64,000 nucleotides of DNA from a virus (IMGVR_UViG_3300046517_002960:1-64000), one strand, 5' to 3'. Numbered from the stretch's first letter, positions 31,082 to 44,600 are shown. The notes: generated from the sequence alone by a model not told the origin. Numbers and translations: made by a program.

Positions 31082-34000
31082 ATGATCACGATTACCGAAG
31101 ACCAGCTCGCCCAGGTCATCCGGGACAGCGAGCTGACCGCCATAGACCCGGGCGTGCTGTACCGGAAGCTAGCGGCGCTGCCGCGCGATCCGGAGCCCCG
31201 GCCGGCCCGGGACGCGCTGCTGGCGTTCACGGCCGATGTCCTGGCGTGCGCGCCCGATGACGCCGCGGACCCGTCCAGCCTGGACACCGAGGCGCTGGCA
31301 GGCCTGGCGTTCTCAGCCGGGCAGCTGCTGGGCGGCGAGCCCACGGTCTACGACCAGGACAGCAACCAGAACGCGGCCCAGCTGGCCGGCGCGAAGGTGC
31401 TGCTGGCCCAGATCAAGCAGGTCGAGGAGCCGGACGGCAGCTGGCCGGGCGGCGACGTGGTGGACGTGCTGACCGAGTGGTTCACCGGGCTGGGCCTGGA
31501 CATCGAGTCCCTGGAAGGCACCCGGTGGGCGGACGAGTGGGCCGACGAGGGGGGATCTGCGGCTCAGGACAGCCCGGGCACGTAACCAGGCACGGCAGCG
31601 AACACGACCAGGAGACGAAGAACTATGGAAACGATCATCATCACCGCCGCCCAGCTTCACGCGGCAGCGAACTGGGTGCTGGCCGGCCCGGACATGGCCC
31701 AGGTCACGCTGACCGTCCACGGCGAGACCCTGCGGGCCGTCCAGGGCGACGACATCGGGGAATTCGGCCCGGACGGCAGCACCCTGCCCGAATAGCAGGC
31801 CCGGCAAGACACGATCAGGAGACACGCTATGCCCGGCGAGAACGAGTACCCGGCTGAGTACGACAGCCATGACGGCAGCTTCGACTACCTGCCGCCGCTA
31901 GAGCACGACAAGGCAGCCTTCGGCCGGGTCATCCCGGACGAGGCCACCGACAACGCGATCATCATCACGGCCGGGGAGCTGTGGGACCGCTACGGGCTCC
32001 ACGACCCGGACCAAGTCCTGTCCGGCGCCCAGCGTCTCGCGGTCAGCGAGGCGGTGCGCCGGTTCCGGGAGCACGTCGGCGACGACGAGGATCCAGGCGA
32101 GGACTACGACCCGGAGGACGCGCGGTACGACAGCCCGCAGGGCCAGCTGGACCAGGCGGTCGCGGCGGCGATCATGACCGCCAGCACGCTGTACGCCCGT
32201 TTCGGGGACGCGACTGCTGCCGGGGCCTGGGCCGTGCTGATCACGACGATGCTCGGCGATGACAGCCAGTACGCAGCGGTCCGCGCGGCCATCAGCGCCG
32301 ATGACACCGCGGACGTGCCGCTGGCGCAGACCGCGCGGGACGCGCTGATGCCGCACGCGTGCGGGGAGTGCGGAACCGAAGCGGACGCTCCCGGCCGGGA
32401 GCCGGATCACTTCAGCTGGTGCTCCCGGGCAGCGAGCCGCTGGGAGGTGGCATTCGGCCCGGTGGACACAAGCATAAATGCGGCCTCCGCAGAGGCGGCA
32501 GCAACCCAGGCCGCGGCCGAGCGCGAGTTCGAGGTCAGCGGCAAGTACTACCAGGCCGACCCGAACCCGGCCGTGCTCGTCCGGCGGGCGGGCGGCGGCT
32601 CATGGCAGCAGGTGTACCTGAACCCCGGCGAGGTCGAGACGGCGGTCGCGGCGCTCAAAGCCCGGGTGCACGGCGAGGACCAGGCGGCGGGGAAGTCCCT
32701 GGCCTGGCACGAGGGCACTCACGCCTGGAAGCAGCACGACGGCTACCCACGGCACCAGCACTCGGTCAACGGCGTGCTGACCATCGCGCCGGGTGACACG
32801 CGGCTGCATTTCTCCCATGGCCCGGAATTCCGCGAGGGCACCTGATGAGCTGGCTGCGCTGGCAGCAGGCGCACCTGCGGTTCGAGGTGCAGTGCTGGTG
32901 GCTGATCCTCACCGGCCGGGGGCACAAGAACGCGCCGCAGAGCCTGGAAGACGCATACGTCCGTGAGGTGCAGCTGTGGAACGAGCGCCAGGGCGGCCCG
33001 CGATGAGCCAGGGAAGACAGTCCAGCTGACGATCAGGAGAAGCCACATGAGCGACATCGGCGACGCGGCCAGGGAACCCGTCACGCCGGCAACCTGGGCG
33101 ATCCTGCAAGCCGACCCGGAGACGCTGGCATGGGCACAGGAGGTATCCCGGGCGGTGCAGGCCGCGTACCAGCAAGGGGTGCCCCCTGACTACGCGATGG
33201 AGCGGATGCGCGAGCAGGCGGCGCGCAGGCAGGAACCGGCCACGCCGGCTGACCCGGCAGCGGAGATCGAGGCGGCGCTGCGCGAGTACGACGCCGACGT
33301 GGCAGCAGGCGCGTTCATGCTGCCGGACCTGCCGCCCGGGCCGGGCACGTGCACCGGCTGCGGCGGCCCGACCGGGGACGCCAAGATGGCGGTGTGCGTG
33401 TACTGCACAGCATTCGCCCTGGAGGACACGGGCGCCGGCGAGATGCAGGTGATCAGCAAACTTGATCGCCTGCTTGATCGCCTGATCGCGACCATGATGC
33501 TGGTCGGGCTGGTCCTCATGATCAGCGTCATCATGATGGTGCTGCGCTGATGCGCGAGAGCCAGTACATCGACGCCTACCTGGACGCCACCGCCGAGCCG
33601 GGCACCCGGTGGACGCCGCACACGTACCTGAGCTACACGCTGCGCGGCAAGGCGAAGGGGTACTCCGGGCACTACTACCGGGCGCTGATGCGGGCGATCA
33701 GCCGCCGGACAGCCGCGGGCACCGTGATCGCGGTCCCGTCCAAGGGCCGCAGCACCGCCTACGTGCGGATAGAGCACACGTGATGCATGAGCTGCTGCTG
33801 GCCGGGTGCTCAGCGGCCGGCCTGGCAGCCACCGGGGCAACCGCCTGGCTGCCCGTGCTGTACTGGCGGGCCTGCCGGGAGCAGAAACGAGAACAGGAGA
33901 CAGGACGATGAAGCTGACACTCGAACTCCCCGGCGCGGTACGCGTCGTCGCGACGACAGACTACAAGGGCAGCCCGCTGACCGCGGTGCTGATCGGCGAC

Positions 34001-37000
34001 ACCGAGGTGCTGTTCGCGGACGGCCACGAGCCAGGCGGGCTGACGCCGGCGATGTGGGAGGACGTCATCAGCACCCGGCTGGCGCACGTCCTGGCCCGGC
34101 TGCTGCTGGACGAGGCCTTCGGCGGGCTGGACGGCGAGCTGTGGAGCGCCGAGTCGCCGACCGGCCGGGAGACGTGGGGGCGGGAGAGCGCGGCGTACGA
34201 GGTGCGGCTGGTGCCGGACCCGGAAGCCGGGCCGTGAGCACCGGCTACGACGAGGCGGATGCCTACGAGCTGGCGGCGAACCTGCACGTGCTCCGCGCGG
34301 TCATCCTCCACGGCAGGGGAAGCGGGCCGCTTCCCCTGCCGCCGATGGGCAGCGTCCCGGAGCCGGCGGAGCTGAGCGAGGCTGAAGCCCGGGCCGTGAT
34401 GGCCGGCGCCACCCAGATCGTCCTGGCGCGGCTGCGCGGCAGAGGCTACCCCGATCCGGAGGTAGCGGACATCAACAGCGGCCGGTGCGTGGACTGGGCT
34501 GAGCTAGTCTGCGGTGTCGTCGCCGGCATGATCATGACCGAGTGGGACGACCCGCAGTCCGGGCTGCTGCACACGTTCGTGCACTGGCAGGGCCGCTGGT
34601 ACGACGCCGAGCGGCTGGACGGCACGGCGGATGTCACCGGCCTGCCCATCTTCAGCCGGTTCCCGGGCACCCGGAGCGGACCTGAATTCGTCCGCAACAC
34701 CGCGGATGTACTCGCCGAGTACTGGCGGGATTAGGGTGGCCGGCGCGGTGCTGGCCTTCATCGGCGGGCTGGTGCTCTGGACGTTCCTCGCCAGGGCGGC
34801 GATCCGCCGATGCAACCGGGAACGATGACGATCAGGAGACGAGACGCTGATGACGGAAGCAGAGAAGGACGCGCTGGCGGACCAGCTGGCTATAGGCGTC
34901 CTGCTGGAAGCGTTCGGCCCGCTCGGGATCAGCGTGCGGGCCTGCGACGCGGCGTTCGAGGCGGTGCTGGGCAGCAGCGCGTTCGAGGGTGACCTGGTGC
35001 AGGCGCTGGGGGACTGCGTGTCCGCGCCGCAGGACGGCTGGTGCCGGTGCACCCTGGACCGGACGCGCCGCTTCCACCGGGGTGACTGCCCGGTCGATCC
35101 CGGCGGGCAGTTCCGGTTCACCGGAGCGGAGCTGACCGGGCGGCCCGGACTGGAAAAGGCACGGCCATGACCCGTCAGAAGGACACGTGGCGTTCGTCCA
35201 GGGGCGCGCAGGCGTACCGCGAAGCGTACCGGTATATCGCGGACGGCAACCCGGACCTGCCAGCCGGGCAGCAGCGGCGGCTGGCGCTGCGCTACCTGCG
35301 CATCACGGCATCGCCGCCGCTGAGCTGGAGGGGCACGCTGTCGGCCTGGCGGGCCGCGCGGGAACAGGGACAGGAGAAGAACGCATGAGCAACGGCGACA
35401 TCCTGGGCGCGATCGCGGTCCTACTGGCGGAGGCCAGCTACGACAGCGGGCTGTCCCGGAAGGAATGGACGCGGGCACCCGCGGTCCAGGCGCGGCAGGC
35501 GCTGTGCGCGGCGCTGGGCATCGACGCCGGCGAGCAGGACGCGGACCGCCTCCGTGCCCAGCTGTCCGTGATGCTGGACGTCACCGGCCAGGACTGGCCC
35601 CCGGACCTGAGCGACCCGCACGTCCAGCGGGGGCGCGAGCTGGCAGCCGAGGAGAGCGACCCGGAAATGCTGACGTCGGTGGACCGGCTCTACTACGCGT
35701 CCTGGCTGCTCCGGCAGAACCATCCCCGGGTGACGGATGACGACTGGATGGTGTGGGGCAACCTAGCCGACCACCTGGAGTGGGCGGCGCACATCCCGGA
35801 GCGAACGGGCGGGAGCCAGGACTGGCGAGCGTTCAACCGAGCGCAGGACCTGGCCACCGGGGTCATCCGGCTCCAGGACCATCACGCGCCGACCCGGGCG
35901 AAGCTGCTGCGCTGGGTGGGTGAACTGTCGTGAGCAGGCCCCGGCCGGTCGCCTGGACGGCAGGCAAAGCACGGCACGGCCGGCACACCGCATTGGTGTG
36001 GAACGGCGCGATGGGCCTGCCGCCCGGCTGGGCTGTCTGGCTGCCCGGCAGCGAGTTCCCGGTCAGCGAGGGCGACGCCCGGACCATGGACGCCGCCCGG
36101 GAGCAGGCCGGGGACGAGCTGCGCCGGCTGGCCCGGCAGCGCACCAGGATCAGGATCACCCGCTGCCACGACCCGGACCTGCGCGGCAGGACCTACGGCG
36201 GGCACACCGCGAGCACCATCGGGCGGCGGCTGTTCGGCCGCACGGCATACGCGATCCCGTCCGCGGACCCTAATAACCGGGGCCAGGGCATGATTGCCCG
36301 GGACGACAGGCACGGCACGCACGTGCTGGCCGACTACGTGGAGTACAGCGAATGAGATGGACGATGAGCCGGGACGGCAAGCGGCGGACCACGATGCGCG
36401 CGTCCTTCCGGCTGGACCGCCAGAACCTGACTGACATCCTGTGCTACCTGGCGCTGAGCCAGGGCTGGGACGTGGACGGCAAGCCCCCCAGCACGGCCTG
36501 GCTGGAAGGCCAGATCCGGGCTGAGCTGGAGTCGCACGGCATGGGCCAGTGGCCGTACTGGCGCGAGGAGCTGCCCGATGACGAGCAGGCCGCCGCGGTG
36601 ATGGCCTGGGCGGCCCAGCAGGTAGCCCGGCTGGCCCCGGCCGGAAGCTGAGAACAGGAGACGGGACATGAGCGAGCAGGAGATTCACTGGCACCTGGAC
36701 ACCGCCGTCTGGCAGCGGGCGGCGTTCCGCGGATACGATGCGGAAATCTGGTGGACCGGGCCGGGCACGCAGCTGAGCTGGCAGATCCACCTGCTGGGCG
36801 AGAACGAGCTGGACCCGGTGGCCCGGGGCACGGGCGCGGACGAGACGGACGCCAAGGCGCAGGCCGGGTACGTGCTGCGGAAGCTGACCGCCGCGGAGCT
36901 GACCCCGGCGCAGCTAGCCGCGCTGAAGCAACTGGCCGACCCGGCGCGCACTCTCGAGAGCACGCTGTTCGCGTTCAACGGGGTGCGGGTCACCACGGCG

Positions 37001-38357
37001 CAGGCGCTAGCGCGGCTGGGCCTGGTGCGCTTCCGCGAGGGCAGCACGATGCGCGACTGGGGCATCCTGCTGCACACCAGGGAACAGGACGAGCACACGG
37101 ACGCAGATCAGGAGACGAGATGAACGAAAGATTCAGGGGCAAGAGCCCGGTACCGCTGGTGCTGCTCATCGCCGGCTTCCTCCTCGCCGGGCCGGGGCTG
37201 GTATTCAGTAACGCGGCCCTGCTGCTGGCCGGCTACGCGTGCTGGGGCCTGGCCTTGGCATCCGTAGCGTTCCTGCTGAACCGGGACCGGCAGCAGAACC
37301 AGGGAAGGGGAGACTGACATGGCACGGACAGGAACAGGCCGGATGGATGCCGGCTTCGCGGTGTTCAACCTGCACGTCAACGACGCGCAGGACAAGGCCC
37401 GGGAAATCTTCATCGCCCAGTACGGGCAGGACAAGTGGGACGCCGTGCTCGCCCCGCTCGAGCGTGACGGGATCATGGCGATCTTCGAGCAGGAGCTGAC
37501 CTTCGAGATCGCGTTCTACATCACCACGATCATGCTGATCGTCAACGAGGACGTCACGGTGCCGGACGCCTGTCCCGCGGATCCCCTGACCGCGCTCGGG
37601 CTGTCCCCGGAGCAGGCTGCCGCCGCGCGGGCTGCCGCCGATGAGCAGGCGGCACACGAGGATCAGACCCGGCCGGACTGGGCGGTCACCCCGGACGCAC
37701 CGCACATCCGGGAGCGGCTGCGCGGCGAACGGCTGCTCGCGCTGGCTGCCGACCAGGTGCAGCAGGCGTGGGGCCTGAAGTTCGTGACGGCCCGGCTGCT
37801 CGGCCCGGTGCTATGGCACGCGCTGATCGCCCGGGAGATCCTGGGACTGATCGCCGCCCAGGACCCCGATGTCTCAGCTGAGACGGTCCGGGCGATGGTG
37901 AACGGCGCCTGGAACCAGCTGACGGAAGCGGAGAGCGCGTCATGATCATCGCCTGCGAACTCGCCGTCATCGCCATCGCGCTGATCACGCTGACCGGCCT
38001 GGCCGGCCATCACCTGCACTGGGTCCGCGAGCAAGCCCGTGAGCAGGCTGCGGCACGCCGTGACGAGATCCTGCGCAAGGTAGGTGCCCGGTGAGCAGCC
38101 GGGGCCTGGAGGCGGCCGAGCAAGCCCGCCAGGAGGCCGAGCACGCCCAGCAGCAGGAATGCGCGCGGAAGCACCGCGCCAGCTGGTGGGTGTACCAGCG
38201 CAAGTGCAACTTCAGCGCGTTCAGCGGCTACCACTACACGCCCAGCGAGTACTCCGGCTGCAAGTGCGGCATATGCGGCAGGCGGTGGCGGACGAAGGCA
38301 GCGTACGTCAGTACCCTGCCGGACAGCCCGCCCCAGCAGGGAGGTTCGCCCGGCTAG
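31082..38357 (+). CDS. run of hypothetical ORFs (incl. 31082-31585, 31625-31795, 31829-32845, 33047-33550, 33550-33783, 33908-34237, 34234-34734, 34850-35170, 35167-35388, 35385-35933, 36352-36651, 36668-37123, 37120-37317, 37319-37945, 38091-38357)
   Basis: co-oriented, with RBSs or start/stop overlaps; no family recognised with confidence. Confidence 0.6.
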
Positions 38358-38361
38358 CACC

Positions 38362-38385
38362 TGTCATGTATACTGTAAGAGACAG
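38362..38385 (+). promoter_or_regulatory. 24-bp promoter/operator, copy 2
   Basis: identical to 28867-28890; acctgtc/gacaggt inverted repeat flanks TATACT. Confidence 0.65.
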
Positions 38386-38479
38386 GTACTAACCTGGATG
38401 CCGCCGGGCTGGCACCCGGCAGGGTTAGCGGGTCCGCGGAAGCGGGACCATAGGATCAGGATCAGATCAGGAGACAGCC

Positions 38480-39595
38480 ATGACCACGACCATGACCACG
38501 GACGACCGGCACCGGATCGCGCTGCTGGAGCAGCGGCAGCAGCTCCGCCACATCCTGGACGAGCACTACGGCCGGGTGCAGGCTGAGCTGGGCCGTCTCA
38601 ACGGGGACAAGGTCCGGCTGGAGGCGCTGTTCGCGGACCGGATGGAACTGCCTGTCATCGGGTCGTTCCGGAACCTGCTCACCGCCATGGCGGCCCGGTG
38701 GTGCACGGCAGCAGAGGAGGCCCGCAAGCCCGGCAAGGACCAGGACTTCGGCGTCGCGGCCGGGCTCGAGCTGGCAGCCCAGGAGATCGAGGCGCTGCTG
38801 GCGGCCACCAAAACCGGGGAACCGCGATGAGCGGCGAGAACGCACGAGCTGCCCGGCTGGAGCGCAAGGCCGCCGCGGTAGAGGCAGCCGCGGAGGGCAT
38901 CCTCGTGACGACCGGCCGGCTCGCGACCGGCCCGGTGCGCCGGTACCTGGCCCTGCTGTACGACGCGGCCGAGGCGGACGGCTTCGAGCACGGCTGCGCG
39001 CAGGCAGTCAGTGGGCTGCCGCCGCCGGAGGACTATCACATCGTCCCGCTGCCGGCATCAGTGCACGACCGGCACGGCCACCCCATCGGCGAGCCGGTCA
39101 CGTCTGATGCCATGCGCTGGGACGCGGCCTACCCGCTGACCGCGCTGTGCAGCACGTGCCAGCAGCCGGTCCGCTGCGAGACAGCGGAGTCGCCATGGAC
39201 GCACAGCAGTGACGGGTAAGACCAGGGTCGTGGGAGGCCGCCCGTCACGGCAGTCGCTGGAGCGCGCAGCCGGGACGCCGGAGCCGGCCGACCCGGGCGC
39301 CTTCTACCGGGTAGAGCCCGGCGAGACGCACCCGGAGTACTTCCCGGACAGCCTTCCCGGGCAGGCGGACGCGATCTCGCGAGCAGAATGGCTGTCGGTG
39401 GCGCACTCGGTGCAGCGGGTCCTGGTTACCCGGGACGTGCCGCGGCTCGCGCTGCCGGCCTGCCGGGACAAGGTGATCCGGCGGTGCCGGGGCGGTACCT
39501 CGCTGTGGGCGGCGTCTGGCGGGCAGCCGGACCGCGGCGAGCCGGCCGCGGAAACGGCGGAGGCCGCGGTGGTCCTGGACCTGCGCGGGATATGA
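38480..39595 (+). CDS. hypothetical ORFs (38480-38830, 38827-39219, 39209-39595)
   Basis: RBS and overlaps. Confidence 0.6.
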
Positions 39596-39616
39596 GGACA
39601 CGATCAGGAGACCGAG

Positions 39617-40672
39617 ATGCTGATTAACGCGGCGGGCCTGGACACCAGGCCACCGGAGGAAGTCGTGAAGGGGATGATCCCTCGTGTGGGCGCGGGCTTC
39701 GCCTGGGGGCCGTCGTACTGGGGCAAGTCCCTGGTATTCGGCGGCGAGCTAGCCCTGGCGGTCGCCAACGGGCACCCGTTCCTCGGCCGCGAGGTAATCC
39801 GCGGGTCCGTCGCGCTGTGCCTGGGCGAGGGCCTGTACGACGCCGGGGTGCGCAAGCAGGCCCGGATCATCCGGCAGCAGCGCGACAACGCGGCGCACGC
39901 GGCGGCCCTGTCCGAGATCGAGGACGACCCTGCCGCCGGGGCGGAGTGGCTGGAAGGCCAGCAGCCGTACACCGACGACCGGCTGTTCATCGAGACCGAG
40001 GCCTTCGTGCTGCCCGTCGATGCCCGGGGCGGGATCAGCCCGGGCATGCGGCAGGCGCTGGACGGGCTGGCCCGGCTCCCGGACCTGGAGCTGGTCGTCC
40101 TGGACTCGCTGGCCAACTTCACCGGGGGCGCCTCGCTGTCCCACGACGCGTCCGCGAACCGGATCATGCTCGGCATGCACGCGATGGTGGCGGAGCTGCA
40201 ATGCTGCGTGCTGGCCATCAGCCACCCGACCGCGAAGGGCGATAAGATGCTCGGCGCGCTGCGGCTGTTCAACTCGGCGGACTTCGTGTACCAGATCGAG
40301 CCGGTGCAGGGCAGCCCGGGCAGCGGCAGCCCGATGGTCGCGGCGCTGGCCTGCCAGAAGAACAAGTACGGGCCGCCGTTCGCCCCGGTGCAGTACGTCA
40401 TCGAGCCGATCGAGTGGGCCGAGCCGGCCACCGATGACGCAGGGAACGTGCTGGACGGCGAGCCGGACGTCACGACCCGGTCAGCCACGGTGCGGCTGCA
40501 CCAGCCGAAGTCCGCGAAAGTGCTGCGGCTGCCGTCCCCGGAACTGTCCGGCCAGCCGGAGAATCAGCCAGGGCTGCGGCTGGCCGCGCCCGTCATGGCC
40601 CCGGCCAAGCGGACCGGGATACGCCCCACGGCCGGCCGGGGCGGGGCGGTCTTCGCACTGAGAGGGATGTAG
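39617..40672 (+). CDS. AAA_25/RepA-like P-loop ATPase (helicase-type)
   Basis: Walker A GPSYWGKS, LCLGEG, Walker B LVVLDSLA, ISHPTAK...GALRL. Confidence 0.8.
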   Translation: MLINAAGLDTRPPEEVVKGMIPRVGAGFAWGPSYWGKSLVFGGELALAVANGHPFLGREVIRGSVALCLGEGLYDAGVRKQARIIRQQRDNAAHAAALSEIEDDPAAGAEWLEGQQPYTDDRLFIETEAFVLPVDARGGISPGMRQALDGLARLPDLELVVLDSLANFTGGASLSHDASANRIMLGMHAMVAELQCCVLAISHPTAKGDKMLGALRLFNSADFVYQIEPVQGSPGSGSPMVAALACQKNKYGPPFAPVQYVIEPIEWAEPATDDAGNVLDGEPDVTTRSATVRLHQPKSAKVLRLPSPELSGQPENQPGLRLAAPVMAPAKRTGIRPTAGRGGAVFALRGM

Positions 40673-40686
40673 GAGGTGAGCAGGAC

Positions 40687-41187
40687 ATGAGTACACAGCA
40701 CATCGACATCGCCCGGTGGATCTCGGACAACTGGGTCTGGGTCCTGATCCTGATCTGGGTCTTCGGCGGCGGCATCGCCGAATGGGTGCACGTGCAGGCC
40801 AGGCGGCACCGCAAGGCAGTCGAGCGCCGCCGCCAGTACCGGCTCCGGATGGCCTACGCCCGGCACGGGATGCCGTATATCCAGGCAGGCGGGCAGATCA
40901 CCGGCATAGCGTCGACCGGGCACGGCACCGTCAATGTCCAGGGTGCCACGCAGCCCGGCGACGACCTGGCGCTGCCCGCGGCGGTAATCCCCGCGCCGCC
41001 CGGCGCCCGGCCCCTGCACGGGGTACCCGGCGCGTGCCGGCACGAGCGGATCGTCCCGGTGATCACGGACGGCGGCGAGGTCCGCAAGTGGATCTGCGCG
41101 AACTGGACCCGGGGCTGCGCAGCGGAGTTCCCGCCGGAAATCGCTGTCTACGAGGGGGACCTGGGCGAGCCGGCGGAGGGGTCGTGA
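40687..41187 (+). CDS. single-pass membrane protein with C-terminal Cys motif
   Basis: WVWVLILIWVFGGG; CRHE...ICAN...C. Confidence 0.65.
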   Translation: MSTQHIDIARWISDNWVWVLILIWVFGGGIAEWVHVQARRHRKAVERRRQYRLRMAYARHGMPYIQAGGQITGIASTGHGTVNVQGATQPGDDLALPAAVIPAPPGARPLHGVPGACRHERIVPVITDGGEVRKWICANWTRGCAAEFPPEIAVYEGDLGEPAEGS

Positions 41188-41612
41188 CGGAGGCCTGGGT
41201 GCCCGGCACCGGCCCGGTGGACATCGTCCGGCTGGAGGGCGTGCCGCCGGACCTGGCCACCGGGGTGTACCGGGTGGAATTCTGCGGGCCGGGCGAAGCC
41301 CTGCTCCCCGGCGAGGGCAGCCTGAGCCTCCCGGTATTCCGGTTCCTGGGCGCGGAGGACGACGAGCCCCCGCACTGGAACCGGCCCGGCGTCCGGTACC
41401 TGACCCCGACCGAGATCCGGCAGATCCGAGCGCTGCGCTCGCAGCGAGATGAGCGCGGCAAGCGCCTCTACACGCTGGACGTGCTGGCCGCCCGGTTCGG
41501 CACGACCGCGACCACCATCTCCCGGCTGACCCGGCCGAAGGACCACGTGCCGGTGCCGCGCAGGCGGCGTAAGCCAGCCATCAACGACAACGATCAGGAG
41601 ACAGGGCCATGA
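41184..41612 (+). CDS. hypothetical protein with C-terminal HTH
   Basis: LTPTEIRQIRAL...LDVLAARFGTTATTISRL. Confidence 0.55.
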   Translation: MTEAWVPGTGPVDIVRLEGVPPDLATGVYRVEFCGPGEALLPGEGSLSLPVFRFLGAEDDEPPHWNRPGVRYLTPTEIRQIRALRSQRDERGKRLYTLDVLAARFGTTATTISRLTRPKDHVPVPRRRRKPAINDNDQETGP

Positions 41613-44600
41613 AAGACGCAGTAGTGCACGTGCACCTCCGCACCGACGAGGAAGCGTTCGCGTTCGGCGACTTCGCCCGCCGGCAGCCAGGAGTAACGGC
41701 CGTGCAGCTCACCACCCGGGGGCTGAACCCACAGGAGCTGGAGTACGCCCCGCCGGAGCTGACGCCGGAACCCCGGTTCCTCGCCGATCCGGTCTTCGTG
41801 TCCGGGAACAGCCCGGCCGAGCTGGAGAGCGAGGCGCTGGCGCACGTCGAGATGGCTACCGGCTGGACAGGCGGGCAGCTGAAGGTGTGGACCCCGTACC
41901 TGATCCACGAAGTCCCGCCGGCTCCCGGACGCAGGTCCGCGCAGGCACAGGCAGCCGCCGCGCAGGAGCACCGGCTGTACGCGGAGATCGCCGTCAAAGC
42001 CTGGGACGTGCTGCCCGCGCTACCCGCACAGGAGGACAAGGATGCCTGAACAGGACCCGAAGGACTGGCTGCTGGCCGAGGGCTACGCGGCGGTCGCGTG
42101 GGCCAGCTCCCCGCAGGCGAAGGCCCAGTTCGAGGCGGCCATGGGGTTCGCGCGGCGGACCGGGGTCAAGATGACCGAGGCGGAGCTGTGCGCGGTGCTG
42201 TGGGTCGCGCAGACCGCGGAAGTACCAGACGACCCCTCCGGCAGGACCCGGGTGAAGCGGGAGCTGAAGTTCGAGCCCGAGGGCGGTGACGACGGCGAGC
42301 TGCCCGCGGTGTTCCAGCTGCTGAACTGGCTGACGCCGCAGAACAGGGACGGCCGGGCGGCGGGCGGCTGGGTGAACGCCGGGCCGGCGATGCGGACCGT
42401 GCTGGCCGGCGGGATCAGCCGGCGGGAGCTGGAGCAGCTGCTGGCGGACGGGATCGCGAACCTGGCCTGGGACGGGAGCCTGAACGGATGAGCGGGCTGC
42501 TGCCAGTCAGGAACGAGGAAGACCTGGCCCTGGACAACGCGGCCTTCAATGACGACGGGCTGGTCCCGCTGTTCATCAACGGCGGCCGGTACGGCGGCGA
42601 CTGGAACATGGCGGCGTCGCTGAACGCTGACGCCGGTTCCTGCGGCAGTTTCTGGGTCATGCGGCCCGGCTCTGTCAGCACGGCTGACCCGCGGTACCCG
42701 GACATGGTCATCGAGACGGCATTCGGCTGGCTGAAGACGCAGGCCCGGACCAGGGGATGGCGGGTACTGAGCTGGGAGAACCTGAACAGCGAGTACGGCC
42801 CGGCCGAGCGGCCCTACTTCGCGCTAGCCCGGGCGATACTCGGCAACGAGCGCTTCGAGCCCCTGACCGGGGTCCTGTACGCGGACGAGGCAGACAAGTG
42901 AACATCGAGAACGGCGACCGGGTGACGCTGCTGAAGCTGGACGGCATCGGCGGCACCGTCACCCGGGTCCGGGACGACGGCCGGGTGGCGGTGCTGGCCG
43001 ACTGTGCTGCCCAGTCCGTGGTCTGGGACCGCGCCGACCTGGGACGGCCCCGCCCGCCGCGCAAGGCACGCGATCAGGAGGATGACCGATGAGCGGGACA
43101 CCGCCCGTGAACTACGGGCAGATGGACCAGAAGCAGGCGCTGGCCTACGCCAGCAACATCCTGCGGACGCTGTCCGCGCAGGACGCGGAGCTGGACTCGG
43201 GCAAGCTGCTGTACTCCGCCCGGGTGCTGGATAACTACGGGAAGGACATGGAGGACTGACATGAGCAGGGACAGGAGCTGGCACAGCGCTCTCCGGCAGG
43301 CCGGGCTGGACAGCGGACCCCGGATGAGCGGCCGTGAGCGGATCGCTCGGATGCGCGAGGAGGCCCGCGAAAGCGAGCGGCGGCGCAGCTTCCGGTACGG
43401 GCTGGCGGCTCTCGCAGCGCTCGCCGTGCTCATCGCCGCCGTCATCGTCGCGGCGGTGCACTGACATGGCGGTCCACCGGATGGACATCGCCATCGAGGC
43501 GAAGGAAGACGAAACCGGCGAGGGCGTTCAGCCCGGCTACCCCGCGCCGAAAGAATCCGCCGAGGTCCTGCGGGACATCCTGGCCGACGAGACCAAGCAC
43601 CACGACGGGCTCGGCTGGCGGACCACGGGGGTCACCCCCGTCGCGGCGGGCACGGTGCTAGTCAGCGCGGCTGACCTGCGGCACGTGCTGGACCGGGTAG
43701 CGCAAGGCCACTGGCTGGACTACCTGCCGGAGGGCGCGGCTGCGGCGGCGCTCCGCGAGCAACTGGAGGGACAGGAATGAGCGAGCAGGCCGCACAGCAG
43801 GCAGCGGAACAGGAGGCGCCGGCCGCGGTGCCGGTCACCTTCCGGGTGACGACGTACTGGAAGCGCGGGCGCAACGAGCCCGGCCTGACGTCCATGGCCA
43901 GCCAGCGCCTGGTCATCAGCCAGGCGCTGGACTGGGTGCTGAACGAGCTCCCGGACGACGCCGTGACGGTAACCGGGGACGGGAACGGGTGCACGGTGGT
44001 CATCGACTGGTCAAGGGTGCCGGGCGCGATCCGGTACGGGAGGCGGTAGCCATGCCGACACCGGCCCTGGACTTCCTGGAGAAGGTCCGCACCTGGCAGG
44101 AAGCTGACGGAGCGTCGTCCGGGCTGCCGCTGGTAATCCCGGACAGCACGCAGAGCCGGCTGGACGCGATCCTGGCCGACATGGACCTCGGGTACAACCG
44201 CGCGGACCTGGAGACCCGCGCCCGGCGCTGGCTGATCGGCTACCACGAGCTGACAGGGCAGCAGGGCGGCCTGACCCCGGAGCAGCAGCGCGAGCTGGAC
44301 TCCATCGTGACGTGCATCCCGCTGTGGGACGCCCGGCAGCAGCGATCCGGCCCCTGGCTGGCCAGCGTCCCGCGGCTCGCGTGGATCGTGCTCGCAGCCA
44401 TCGTGTGCCTGCTGGCCGGGCTGGGCGCCGCCTGGGCACTGGCCTCGTCCGGCAACGGCGCCCCGCCGCCCGCCGGCCCCGTCGCCCAGGCGCCGCCCGG
44501 GCCGGCCCAGGGTCCGCTGACCGACCAGCAGCAGTTCCGGGCCGACTGGAACGTGCCGGCCAGCGCGACCGCGGACGCCGGGAACCCGGCCGCGCTCGTG

